Assembly: GCA_054772095.1 (NCBI GenBank)
Contig: BAAGAE010000031.1
Coordinates: 1,238,979-1,302,978, forward strand
Direction: 5' to 3'
DNA from: Chamberlinius hualienensis
Lineage: Eukaryota
Length of the DNA: 64,000 bases
Below the pieces are notes generated by a model. It was not told the origin of the DNA and made no database searches. It saw nothing but the letters and a program-made list of their open reading frames with translations. The stretch's first letter is position 1; each line of letters begins with the position of its first letter. The position numbers and the translations under genes are program-made. Positions 38,656 through 56,422 of this stretch are shown here, in pieces.

Positions 38656-40682
38656 GCTTCCAAAGAATTAAAATTCAAGTTTAATCTGTAAACATATAAA
38701 ATGAGCTCGACAAGTAAATACTCTTTCAAGATAATGCTGCAGCTGTTATTTTGGACACTTTAGTACCCTATTTTTCAAATGAATGCCTCACAAATGTATA
38801 AATATTTCAATGAAATATATACTAGCACAACAAAATTGTTAAATATATTTTAGAGTTCCATTGTGTCACTTTTGCTTGATTCAGGCACCTTCAACAACTA
38901 TACTGTATGTCATGCTTCACAAACTTACTATACGAATGCAACGAATACACGTAACGATTTACATAAAAAGCTTTAAAAACATGCAACGTATACAAACTAC
39001 AGTAAAATAACTGTTAAAAGTTTGTAGTCACCTTCTAATTACCATATAAGCATACAGTATACTCTACTGTATTTCGACCTCTTTAAAATAATAAAATTAA
39101 GAAGAAAAAAATCGTCAAGTGCATACAAGCACAAAATCTAACTTTATGCACTATATACTGTAAGTTTACAATCAAAACATTATAACTTTAGTAGCCACTT
39201 TCGGTTTCTTTTAAATGTCTTTATTTGTATAAATCACAAACTGGAAATAAGTTGTAAGTTGTAGACAGTGGGGAGGTTTGTGTTTAATGGTTTAATTTTG
39301 AAAGTGACTTTAGACAGTACTATATGGTTTGTATGTCGACGACCGAAATGTTTGTTAAGTGTTTTTACAGTTATACAGTAAGTTAAAACTCTATATGAAC
39401 TTATTTATTATTCTAGAAATCTGATTGAAGGATGTCACAAAGGTCAACCAAGTACTTTACAGAGACCTTGGCATATTTTGTGTTTCTACGCTCGATAATG
39501 ACCAAACAACACATGGCTTGCTAAGTACAGTACAGTATATTTAAGTCATAACTAACACCGTCTACTCACGAAAAAAGTTGACAAAATAAATAGTTACATT
39601 TCGAAAATTTACAATGAGCTCAATTACCGTATTTTATGGGGTAATCCAAATGCAACGTGTACCAATAACATACAGCCAAAACACATGATGATTCAGCTGA
39701 TGATTACAATGTGCCCAGATTTCCCCCATTAAAATGATAAATATAATCTTATAAATTTAAACAAAATTATAACAACATTTTCTTTACATTTAATAATATT
39801 CGAAATGTCACAAAACAATAAAATACTAATACAAGTATAAATTGATTTTAATTCCAACATTTATTATATTGTATTTACTGTTTCGATTAGGTGGAACACT
39901 GTTCGGTAATGAAGTAAAAACTGTGGTAATAGGCAGAGCCTAGCATTCGTTCGTTTATTTTGGTTTCTAATTTGGTAAATAAGGGTTAGCTGTGTGTAAT
40001 GTTGTTTCTGTGATTATATAACAACTTACATCGTTCCGTTTTGTGGGCAACTTACTAAAAACCTTGAATTAGCATCTTTAAAGGTACAACATTACAGGTA
40101 AGATTGCAATTAAACTGGCGATTATGTAATAAGTATAGTACATCACCAAGCAATGGAAAATGAAAATTGGTAGTAGTTGAGGATAATGTTGATGTTAGAA
40201 TAATATGGGCGGTATCTTTACAAGTTTTTAGTCTATACACATTTGTTGCAATAAAAACTAAGCTATGAAGCAGATTACACATTTTGTTTCTAAAGCCTAC
40301 ACTATATTTCATTTCTTTTATAACTTAATTGGCTCAGCTGCTTGATTTTTTGCATTTGTAGCAATTTTTCACTGCCATATCACAGGTTTATCGTTTTGAA
40401 TTGATTCATATACTGTGCATAGATATACCGAAATTCTACTATTTTGTTTATCATTTCAAGCACGAAAGAGATTTCGATTTATTTTCGATTTATCTAGTAA
40501 CTGCCTTATCAAAATGATTTAACTCTAATTTAAAGTAAAGTTTGAGAATGGTTCTACGTTTAGACAATTAAATTAGGTATGTGTTTATGAATTACATTCA
40601 AATCTGACGTCTTGACAGTTGCCTTTGAGCTTTTTTTAAATGCCAAAAATGAAATGAGTAATAGTTGTTTGTATTTAACAGG

Positions 40683-42846
40683 ATGAATGTGCTAGATCTG
40701 CCTATTCGTTTGGTTGTTAAAGCTCCAAACCAGCAATTCGACGATCAAGTGATTGAATGTGCTATAACTTGGACTGTGAAAAAACTAAAAACATATCTGT
40801 CAGAAGTTTATCCTAGTAAACCGGTACGTATAGATAACGCATACAGTGTATCAAATATCAAGTGTTAATTTACAAGTAATATTTGTCAAACGTCAGAATG
40901 CAGAAGATCAGAAACTGATTTATTCCGGACAGCTTTTGCCTGATAATTTAATGCTCAAAGACATTTTGAGACAGGTAATATATTTAATTGATTTTACCAT
41001 ACACCAGTAAGTGAATGAATTGATGACATTAAAATAAATCCATGTTTAAGTAATATATATGATGTGCATAGAGAGTATATCAATTTGAATTGTTTGAAAT
41101 TATTGATATTATTTAATATGGCATCGGATTCTCATTGTGCACATAACTTTCGATATGAACTTCGTCACATTATTTTTTCCAGTGCACAGTTTATGGGGTA
41201 ATCAGCAGTCGATTTCGATTCTTAAATTTTTACGTCAGATATTATGTACCAATCTAAATGTAGTTCTGCAGTTTTAGAAATTTTAGATTAGCGCTAAATG
41301 TGAACGGCTGACCGCTTTTTATATGGTCACTTAGCGAAACTTTTGTGAAATGTTTACGTTTAAAGTTTAAACATTTCATGTTATGATATGGTACACTGAA
41401 CGATCTTTAATTGTGATCTGTTATTTTTTAGTACGACACCGAAGTTGTTCATACAGTTCATTTGGTTTGTATGCCTCCTAAAGACAACGTTAAAAGTTCC
41501 TCCCCATCCTCATTGTCATCACCGTCAGCAGCAACGTCACCGTCGACATCAAGTAGATCTTCACGAACGGATAACTCACCTACATATAATAACAGTAATA
41601 ATAGCAGCGATGGTTTGAGGCACCGAGGCACAATTGCGGCTAATAACAATACCAGCAATTCCGAACAGTAAGTGCCCTTTTACAATATAGCAACTGCGTT
41701 TCGCACAAATTGTCATTCTACGATGCTAAATATTTCATATAAACATTCACAATATAGATATGCCAAAGATTATATTTGAAATGTTTCTTTTTTTTATTGG
41801 AAAGGACACAACACGGTCAACCTGTTGTTGAAACTCGTCCTAATTCTTTGCCAAATTCATACGGTTTAACACCTGAGCAGTTAAATCAACAGTTAGCCTG
41901 GATGCGCATGTATGGCCAGTACATGAATTATTATATGCAACAGTAAGTAGTAAAAATTATTCTTTCAATGACAGTTTTAAGTTTTACACTAACACGCCAT
42001 TGATAAAGGTACCAAGGAGTTTATGGAGTAAACTTACCTGGTGTACAGCCACAGGCACCCATCTCGTCCCCTGAGGTTCAACCTGTTGCCGATCAAGCTA
42101 ATCAAAATCTCGAAAATGTTCGAGATAGGCAAAATGAAATTCGACGGATGAATGCTCAGGGTGGACCTGTAGACGATGATGATGAAATGGGAGGAAATCG
42201 CGACTGGTTGGACTGGGTTTACGTATTTAGCAGACTATCGGTGTTATTTGCGATCGTTTATTTCTACTCTTCGTTTAACAGATTCGTTATGGTGGTTTTA
42301 TTTGCAGTTTTTTTGTACATGTAAGTATACAAAGGAATTGCACATAGCGTCTTAAACTCGAATGCAGTTGCAGTTAAAACGTGTATTTATTTGGAGTTTT
42401 CGGCGCTTTATATTTTTCAAGTTGAATGCCATATAAATGTTCTGCTTATATATAATAGATATCAAACTGGTGTTTTCTGGCGCCGTGACAGGCTGCCAAG
42501 GGCTAACAACAATAATAACCAAGAAAGAAATGACCATCGAGTAGTTGAAAATCCGCCAAATGAGAACCAAAATGTACAGGACCAACCACAAGCACAGGCG
42601 GAACAGGAACTGGAGCAGGTGAGATGCAAAAATGTTCAACTTGTATAATAAATATAAATAAATGTGCTATAATTTCAGATGCAGAGAGAGACAAGAGAAC
42701 TAGAAGAAACAATGGATCGTGATACGGAACCAAATAACAGAGTAACTCAACAAACTGTTTCATTTTTACACATTGCCTGGACATTTGTTGCCACTTTTTT
42801 TTCATCTTTACTTCCTCAGCAACAAGAGGCTGCCAATTTAAATTAG
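40683..42846 (+). CDS. HERPUD1/2-like (homocysteine-responsive ER-resident ubiquitin-like domain membrane protein), 7 exons
   Basis: Exons 40683-40823 (MNVLDLPIRLVVKAPNQQFDDQVIECAITWTVKKLKTYLSEVYPSKP, UBL domain), 40897-40974 (NAEDQKLIYSGQLLPDNLMLKDILRQ), 41432-41667, 41805-41942 (TQHGQPVVETRPNSLPNSYGLTPEQLNQQLAWMRMYGQYMNYYMQQ), 42009-42320 (..NRDWLDWVYVFSRLSVLFAIVYFYSSFNRFVMVVLFAVFLYM, the Herp transmembrane hairpin), 42459-42618, 42679-42846 (stop TAG 42844-42846); 1233 nt = 410 aa. An acceptor immediately 5' of the ATG (tttaacag|gATG) implies an upstream non-coding exon. Confidence 0.85.
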
Positions 42847-43454
42847 CCTTTTTGTCCCCTAAAAAGAACGATTTGTACATAATTGTAATTTTTCCCAACT
42901 TGTATACAGCATCGCTAAATAACGTTTCGAAATCAAGAAGGGGCATGGTTATGTATTATAGTTGATAATCGTAAAGAGAAAAAATATATACAAAAGTGGC
43001 TGTCCTAACTGCCATTTTATGTCTTATCGGTATATTATATATTTTCCCGTATCCCTCACATGTTTAAAAAATTGAAACTACACCGAATTAGCATTTTAAA
43101 CGAGTCTGCGACTTCAAATGTAGAAAGTGAAAAAACGCTATAAATTGGTATTAAATGGTCGAAAAGTTGATTTTTTTCGCAGTTTAAATAACCAGACGTT
43201 GAATTTTTTTCGAAGTCCAGTTATGCGATAATTTGGACTTAAATGTTTATTTTAAGTATATTTTATAAATGACACGAATATTAAAATTATTCGTAATAAA
43301 TAGTTTTGAACGATTTTACTCCAAAAAGAAATGCTTTTATTAGGCATTCGCTTCAAATGCTGAAATTTGCAAGTCAAAATGAGAAATTCATGGAAATTAA
43401 ATTTGATCCCATTTGTTTTATTAGAAAAGTCTGCAATGATAACTACTTTCACTT

Positions 43455-48403
<4,949 letters not shown>

Positions 48404-49235
48404 GATTGAAAATTATTCGAAAACAACTTCAAAATACAAAATAACTCCTGCAAATAAATTTAAAAAAAAAGTCATAAGTTGAAGTAAAGAAACACTATAC
48501 TTAAACAATTATTTGGATGCTTACGCGTCCAAAAATTACACTGAGAAAAGCGAACAAGTTTCATAATGATCATATATTTATAGTCAGCATAATCATGGAT
48601 CAACTTAACATGATTAAATGCAAAGAATAGGGGTGTATTTCAGTTAACAGGGCAATTTGTACAACAATTGCATCAGTATTGCATACTGTCAACCGATTGC
48701 AATGATCATCTAGGACCACCGATAAATATTTCACATTATTGCATCATTTACCCCCAAAACATTGCAAAAAATAATTTTAAAATTCGACCACTTATAGTAA
48801 ATTTGACTTATGATCGTTCGTAACTGCATAATAGCAATTTAATTAGCTAAACAACATTAATAGCAAATTAAGCAACATACCGGCAATGGAAACCACGCCA
48901 CGCTGCAAAAGCGATACTTTTGGAAATTTGGACTTCAAAAAATTAATCCACAGTTCAGTCAACGTAGAAAGGAAGAATATTCGATACTCGAAACGATTGT
49001 TCGATACTTAATGTTATTATCATTAAATAAAATTGTCGTTGTTTCTTTATCGATGATAATCGATCAATATTAAATATTGACTACTTTTCGGTATTAGCGC
49101 GATAGCACTATCGTATTTATTTCGATGCAAAACAAATGACCATGAGGCATACGTAACGCCCTCTAAGTTCTAACGCCTGCAGCCCTACACTGTGATTGTT
49201 TTGGAATTTGGATCGGTTTGGCGCGTGTGTTTTGT

Positions 49236-49306
49236 GTATTGTGTATAAAGTGAACTTATATTTTGTGTGTTGTGTATGAAGTGAACTTATATTTTGTGTG
49301 AAAACC
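49236..49306. repeat. Tandem duplication (~33-bp unit x2: ttgtgtat(t/g)aagtgaacttatattttgtgtg)
   Basis: Two adjacent near-identical copies seen directly in sequence upstream of AlaRS. Confidence 0.6.
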
Positions 49307-51642
49307 CACTATTTATCTGGTTCTTGTAACGTTTTATTGTGATTAGTGCTGACAATTAACGCGAATGACAAAGTCGCGAAAGTTTTTTCGGAAAAAGTTT
49401 ATTTCATGTACAGGTGCGACGGCCATCATTAGACACTGGTAAGGAGATTTTGTAATTTACAGTATGCTAAATTACTTTTATTGTACGAATCTGGGGAGTT
49501 CGTGTATACGATTGTTAATAAAAATACAGGAATGCCTGAGCAGATTTATGTTTGATTGATGTCAAGCTACAAAGACAAAAGAATTTGGTGAAAGTTTAAA
49601 CTGCTGACAGTAAATTGTAATACAGTAGTACTGTTGTCGTATCTTAATGAGGATTTGTTGATAATTCAATTTACAAAACGCATCAATCCGAATTATGATA
49701 CATTTTTATTTAAAAAATGACGTTGATTTTTGTTTTCTATTTATAATATTTAGGATTTCATTTAACACACTTAATATCGAAAACACGTTAGCAACACTTA
49801 ATCGAATTTGTTTAGTTTTATATATATTTTTTAAAAATGACAATTAGCTAATCATGTAATTTTAACATCTACGTACATTAAATTCAAATTAAGCAAAGGA
49901 AATACGTTTTGCAACGCAAGTTGAATAGTTATAAAACGATTTAAAATACAAAAAAATCAACAGTTTTAAATGTTACCGGTTGATATTTCGCAGTTTTCAG
50001 CTTGTTTTAATGTATTTTAACATATACGATGATTAAATTATTCTACATGACAATAAAAATGTAATTTGACAAAATCTTTTTTTTTTTAAATTTTTCTTAT
50101 ATGTGGCAGATGTAGAGCAAATACATGTTTAAAATATGGTCGCTGTTTTTGAGCTCATAACTTTAGACATTTTTCTTATAATTCATTGTTCAACATTGCA
50201 AAATAAACGATAAAGTCAAAGGTGTCTTACCGTGTCTAACTTAACAAGAAAAATTTGAAATTTCTATAAAAATCTTAAAGCTAAATGAACTCTGTTTGCA
50301 GCTTACGGTGAACTTTTCTATGTTATTAGATTTCTTTTGAATTCGGTTAGAAAAACAATATAATTTGGTTATTGATGATCAAATGTCTACTGATATACTG
50401 TATAAAATAACTCGAATGCGATAAGTCACAGCATTTTATGTTTGGTAATAATGTTAATGAACATTATAAATTTATAATTTTTTTTTACAGTACTTCAAAT
50501 GACAAATTTGTTTACTGAGATGTTTTTATACGAAAAAAAAATCGCAATTTATAATCGCAATATTAGCTTTTGGTACAACATTACGTCAAATTCAGCAGTT
50601 ACAAACAGAACTATTTAGTCACTTAAAATCAAATGATGTAAGCATCGCAAACTAGACACATCGTATTTAGATTATTTGTTGTAAATGGCTATCAATTAAA
50701 CATCGATTAAGGGATCCGAATTAAAATTGTTGAGTAATAGATAAGGATAATTATAATGATGTACTACTACATTTGTGTCTATAAGATTTTTTTTTTGAAG
50801 GGTAATTATGGAATTGGCGGGTTTTACTATTAGAAAACGGCACACACACCCACGCACACATATACACTAATTATCTTATACGAATTAGTAAATGCAAAGC
50901 GAGCTCTCATTGGCTGTCGGTTAAAATTCATTGCTAAGTGATAAAAACCAAGCAAATGGATATTACAATTACCACAGCCACTCATACCATTTATTTGAAA
51001 ATTATATTAATAACAAGCCTAAATATAGGCTACAATTACTGCGAAGATTCACTTTATTCAAGCTAACTTCGCAGTAAAGAACTGTTAAGTTCAAAGTTTA
51101 TGTTTATTTTCTCAAGTTTACAATCGAAGTCATCGTGATGAGCAGATGTATTGATATCGCTACAAATGAAAATACAATTATTAAAATTAGGTGAAGTTTT
51201 GGTTGGAATTGAAGGTGGCTAATGCTTAATTACTGTATGTCGAATTACACAGGGAGTTAATAACGCCATTAATTTCACAGGGTAAACAATGTTATTTTTT
51301 GCCGTGCCATTAGTTTTTTTATTATTATTATACGGCTAAACGGTAGGTTACCACTTAACTAGATTACAGAATAGGTACTGTATGTAAGCAATCCTAAAAT
51401 GATGCAAAATTGGTAAAAAATAAAAAAATAATTCGAATGTGGAAAAATATGTACATGATTTTGAAGATTTGTTTGTATTATTTGATATTGGTCATAAATG
51501 GGTTATTTTTGTTTTATTTGGTCAAGTAGCTACATTTTAATGAAAATGTCTATTTGTAACTTTTTAATCAGTTAACGTTTCAGGCTGAGATTTTATCTAA
51601 AAATGTATTTTATGGGCTTTTTTGTATTTTGGTGGCTTTTTT

Positions 51643-51772
51643 GGGGATAAATTTTGGGTGTTTGTTTGGGGATAAATTTAGGGTGTTTGTTTGGGGATAA
51701 ATTTTAGGTGTTTGTTTGGGGATAAATTTTAGGTGTTTGTTTGGGGATAAATTTTAGGTGTTTGTTTGGGGA
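51643..51772. repeat. Minisatellite, 25-bp unit GGGGATAAATTTT(G/A)GGTGTTTGTTT x ~5
   Basis: Five head-to-tail copies with 1-2 substitutions each, in the AlaRS-Galphao intergenic desert. Confidence 0.85.
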
Positions 51773-54272
51773 TTAAAAATTGCAAGTGACTTAATATACA
51801 GTAGCACCTCGTTATATACTACATAAAGTTTTTTAGTTTTGATATTATTTTTGAAGTGACATACACTTCAAAACTACATACACTTTACTTTTCTTGAAAA
51901 TGGTTTTCTCCATAATTAAGCTCTCAGGAAAGTAAGTGGACGTAGATAATTTTAGTTGAATTTTGTACATATTTTTCCACATAAAAAGTATTTTTGGAAC
52001 CAATTTTGTTCTCATTTGTTGCGGATATTTCTCTCAGTAAATTTCTGTCACTAATGTCTACTTTTTGATTTTGGGTTTAATTTTATTTAACATTTTTTTA
52101 ATGATGGCAGTTTATTAATAGGAATTGTAACGGATCTTTTTTTTTTTTTAAAGACCTAGTTAATTTTTTAGCGTTTGTCGAATAAATGTTAACTATTCGG
52201 TTTTGTTGCGTTTCAATTCACACGTTAATTTTTTTCTTCAATTTTTTTTTTACTAAAAAAACATTTAATTTTATCCAATAACGACAATCATTTTACGCTT
52301 ACAAAACAGGAAAAAAACGACTTTTTTCTTATTTTTAAAGGGTTCATAAAGAGCTGATACACTGATTTTTAGCACATTATTTTTTTTTTCCATAATAATA
52401 GTAATAATATGTATATGACGGAATTTGTAAATAAAAAATTAGCATAAACATAAAACACCAACCGTGTTGTTTTACCATATGAAAAGAAAATAAGGAAAAG
52501 GGGTTTATTTGAAAGTTTACATGTTCTGTACTGGATGAAAACAAAAATTTTTTTTTGGATAACTTTCTTGTCCCCTTACAATTTCAGTCATACAAACAAA
52601 ATAAAATTATTATCACATAATAGTAGACATCATTTTCCTGCTAAAAACACATGAAAATAAATTATATAAAGGATGATAAGCGTTGTTATATTTGTCATAA
52701 ATTTATTATTTTTTGTTTTTTGTGGCAAGTTCACTTGATTTCTGAAGCAATTACACGTATACCAATCAGATTCTATGTACCGAGCAAAATCAGTTGTAGA
52801 TATTACGCTATGACGTTACAAACTTAATTTAAAAAAAAGTTTTTTTTTTTTTTTTGGAGGGGAGAGAAATTCTTTCATATTATAATATTATACTCATAAT
52901 CACAAATTATTATTTAAAAGCATTAAACATTTTTCTACACAGTGTATTTTAAAATTCTTCTCGTCTAATTTGAGCATTTTATAAATTGAACGTTTTTTTA
53001 TTTTTTTTTTATTAATTAAATGAAGTGAAAAATTGGTTCAAATTTCTTAAACGTTAATACGGTGGATATCGAAAATACTTCAACAACAGTAACCGACTGT
53101 TTTGTTGTGTTTATAGTTTTTATAGGAATCATTTTATGACCAAAATATTGAACTTATATTGAAGTTTGGTTAAACCGATCAATGAAAAACAAACCATAAA
53201 CTGGCTTGGACAACATTTCAAGATTCGAACATATCTTTAAACATACAGTGTAGTTTTTTAAAAATAAATTTGAGTTGAAGTAGTCATGTCAACAAATCGT
53301 TTCACAGTTCTAACAAGGTCTGTATTTATTATTATTATTATTATTTTTGTTGAAACAAACGAAATTTCTTAGTTGGAGAAATGGTTTATCTTGTTTTAAT
53401 GATAATGTCGAATCTGGAAATTGGGTACCGAACCTTTCGAAAATTACATATAAGCTCAATATTTTTTTTTTTGCGTGGCCAATTCGACGTTTCCATAAAC
53501 TATAATCAAGTGAACAATTTCATCACTTGTCTTGACTGATGTCTAAATGAAGCATTCTCGTATTTTTTTTAATTCAGCTTTTTAATAATTTTTTTTTCAT
53601 ATATTTGTGTTATAATCGATGCCCTTTTGCACAGCTGGAATGATGGAAATATTTGGAAATAAAATTTAGTTTCATTTTTGTCTTAAAAATTTCTAATGTA
53701 CGTCATGTTAAAACCAAATTGACGACGAACATCACGATTTTTATGTAATTTTTTTTTTATCTAAATGCAAACATCGTCAATATTATTAGTATTGAGCGTT
53801 AAATTTTGCCATTTCATCAACACGTATAAAACATTTTTTTTTGCAGTATTAAATTTTAGATTTAAAATTAAAAAAATTTCAAACAATTTTATTTCTTTTG
53901 TGTTATTAAAAATGGCAAGTTAACGCGTATTTTATGGAAAAATGACCAACAAATTATATCTTATTTTTCACACTTTTGACAACATTTTTTTTTTTGTGGA
54001 GTAAAAGTAAGTTTTTTTTTTTTTTTTTGGTTGTATTTTTACATTATGGAATTATAATAATTGATAGTTTGACTGAGGGATTATTCTGAATTGTTCACAC
54101 ATTAATATTATCTGTTGTTTTCTTCATCTTTAATTTAAATACAGGTTACAAAAGAGCACAAAGCTTTGGTTTATTTTGGTAACTTTATCTTAAAGGATTA
54201 AAAAAAACAAAAACAAAATGAACAAAATACCACCGAAAAACACGGATTTTTTTCTTCTTCAATTATATCAAT

Positions 54273-54298
54273 AGAGAGAGAAAGAGAGAGAGAGAGAT
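54273..54298. repeat. (GA)n microsatellite
   Basis: agagagagaaagagagagagagagat read directly. Confidence 0.8.
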
Positions 54299-56422
54299 AG
54301 TTAATAGCAGGCGACAGGAAGCGGAATTTTAAACAGTAAAACGCAGGCGTAAAAATATTTTGGAGGTTATTTTTTTATGTTACTTTTTTAAGGTTTTTTA
54401 TTTTATTTTGACTACTTCTACAGTTGTGCACTTTGTTTTTCTATAGGAGAAAAAATGGAGAGATAAATAGTTTTCGTAGCGATGAAATAAATGATTTGAA
54501 AATAAAAAAAACCAACAGAGCTTCATTTTTACCATGAGAAATAATTTTGGTTTTACAATATTCAAGACGCTGTTAAATTGCACCGATTTTATATTTATGG
54601 AATTAATTTTTTAACTGCGCCATCAACATCTATTGAGCAGCTAAAGGTTTTAAGTTGGAAAAGTTGACCATTTGGAATCAATTTAATGTGCTCCGTTCAA
54701 AAGCTGATATTATACTTTTGGTTAAACTTTACATTTGCTCTACAACTTTTTCCATTTTATACGTTAATTTGATTAGTCAAATTTGTTCGATTGGCTTTTC
54801 CAACAATAACGTTTTAACAGCTTCGATAATAAACGGGAATGTGAGTTTCTTTCTAGTTGATTTCGGTTTGTCGAGTATTTTATGCTTTAAAATTGTTCAT
54901 GGTAAAAATTCGACAAATTACTATGAAGCGAATGTTATGTCGATGATGATGGTTAATGGTTTTATGGTTTTCTTCAAATGTTAATAACGAAAAAGTAATG
55001 GGGTGGTGAATATAGGGGAAATTTCAAAAAAAAATAAGCGGGCTCATTCGTTTCCATTTTTATCAGACAAATTAAGAATTGAATGTTCCCGAATTGTCTA
55101 ATTTATTTGAAATGCTACATCTGTTGAAAAACATTGACGTTGTTGGCAGTTTTGTTTTTGGTAATTTTTTTTTTTTTTTTTCCACAATTGTTAGTCTTCT
55201 AAATTAAATTAATTTGGAGAGAAAGTTTATTAATTATTGTTTGCTTTATTTCTTTCAGGTAACCAAGGTATTAAAGTATGAAAACGGTAAGTCGTTCGGT
55301 TTTTGATACCTAACAAATTTGGTTTCATTTTTGTTACGTGGTATTTTGTTCATCTTCTACATTTAACTTCCTAATTATATTTATGATCGATTACATAATG
55401 GATTAGATTGGAAACTTTTGGATGATTTATTAAGGAAATAGGATTTGGGATTATTTTAATTATTAATTTTTTTTTATGCAAAGGAGAATATTAACAAATA
55501 TGGCTTTAGGGAGAAGAGGGAATTAATTTATACACAAAGTAAATTCCGATCCTTTAAAACGAATGTCGATTATATTTTGATAATTGTTTCATAATAAATG
55601 TTTACAACGAATAAACGACTTATCAAGTGTAATTTCCTATGATATACAAATGAAGGAAAATAGACTTGATAAATTGTCCACCTATTGTATTTTACACGAG
55701 AAAAGTGGAGAACTATGAAGTTTCGTACACTCGTCAAAAGAAATTTCGGGATCTTCCTCACCAAAAAAATCTAATTAAAAGTGTGTTTTTTTTTTTTATA
55801 CATTGTGTCGCCTTCGTTACGTTTACAGTTCTGCTTGTTGATGGAGGTAATCACGGTCATTTGTATAAAATTGAATAATCAGCTGTTTATGCCGCCTTAT
55901 CTACAGCAACTCACAGATTCGATTGACCGTTATGACGTTGCAAACGTTCAAAATATGACACTTTGTATAGTTAAAATGGTAAAGCCCACCCGTCTGACAA
56001 CTAAAAGTTGATTTGAATTTTTTTTTACTCTTCCCCTTCACACACTACCAAACATATTGAGTTAATTAGCAAAAGAAATAATAATAAAACAAGTGTTGAT
56101 AACACTTAATACAGTATGTCAATATGTGTTGTTGATCACTCAGTAAGATTTTCATTCAATACATTCATTTCGTGGTTTAATTCATTCAAATCGATTAAAA
56201 TTAACGAAAATGTTGTTACGTTCATTCGGAACCCCCATAAACAGTACTTTTTTTTTTTTTTTGGTTTTTATAAGATATCCATTGGCAGAGAAGATAGATA
56301 TACATAGAGAGAGCACACAGCACTTTTTTTTTTCCTTTAAAGCGTTGTTGTAGTTGAAGTTGTTGAATGTCCTCAAATTTTTGTTTTGTATCTTGTATGA
56401 TGTTGTTGCTGCTGTCGTTGTT

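Noticed and set aside
54655-54984. 109-codon plus-strand ORF in the gene desert
   Set aside because: AT-biased, low-complexity translation (runs of I/L/F/N/S), no start context, no similarity to any family I recognise; a typical random ORF in 70% AT DNA.
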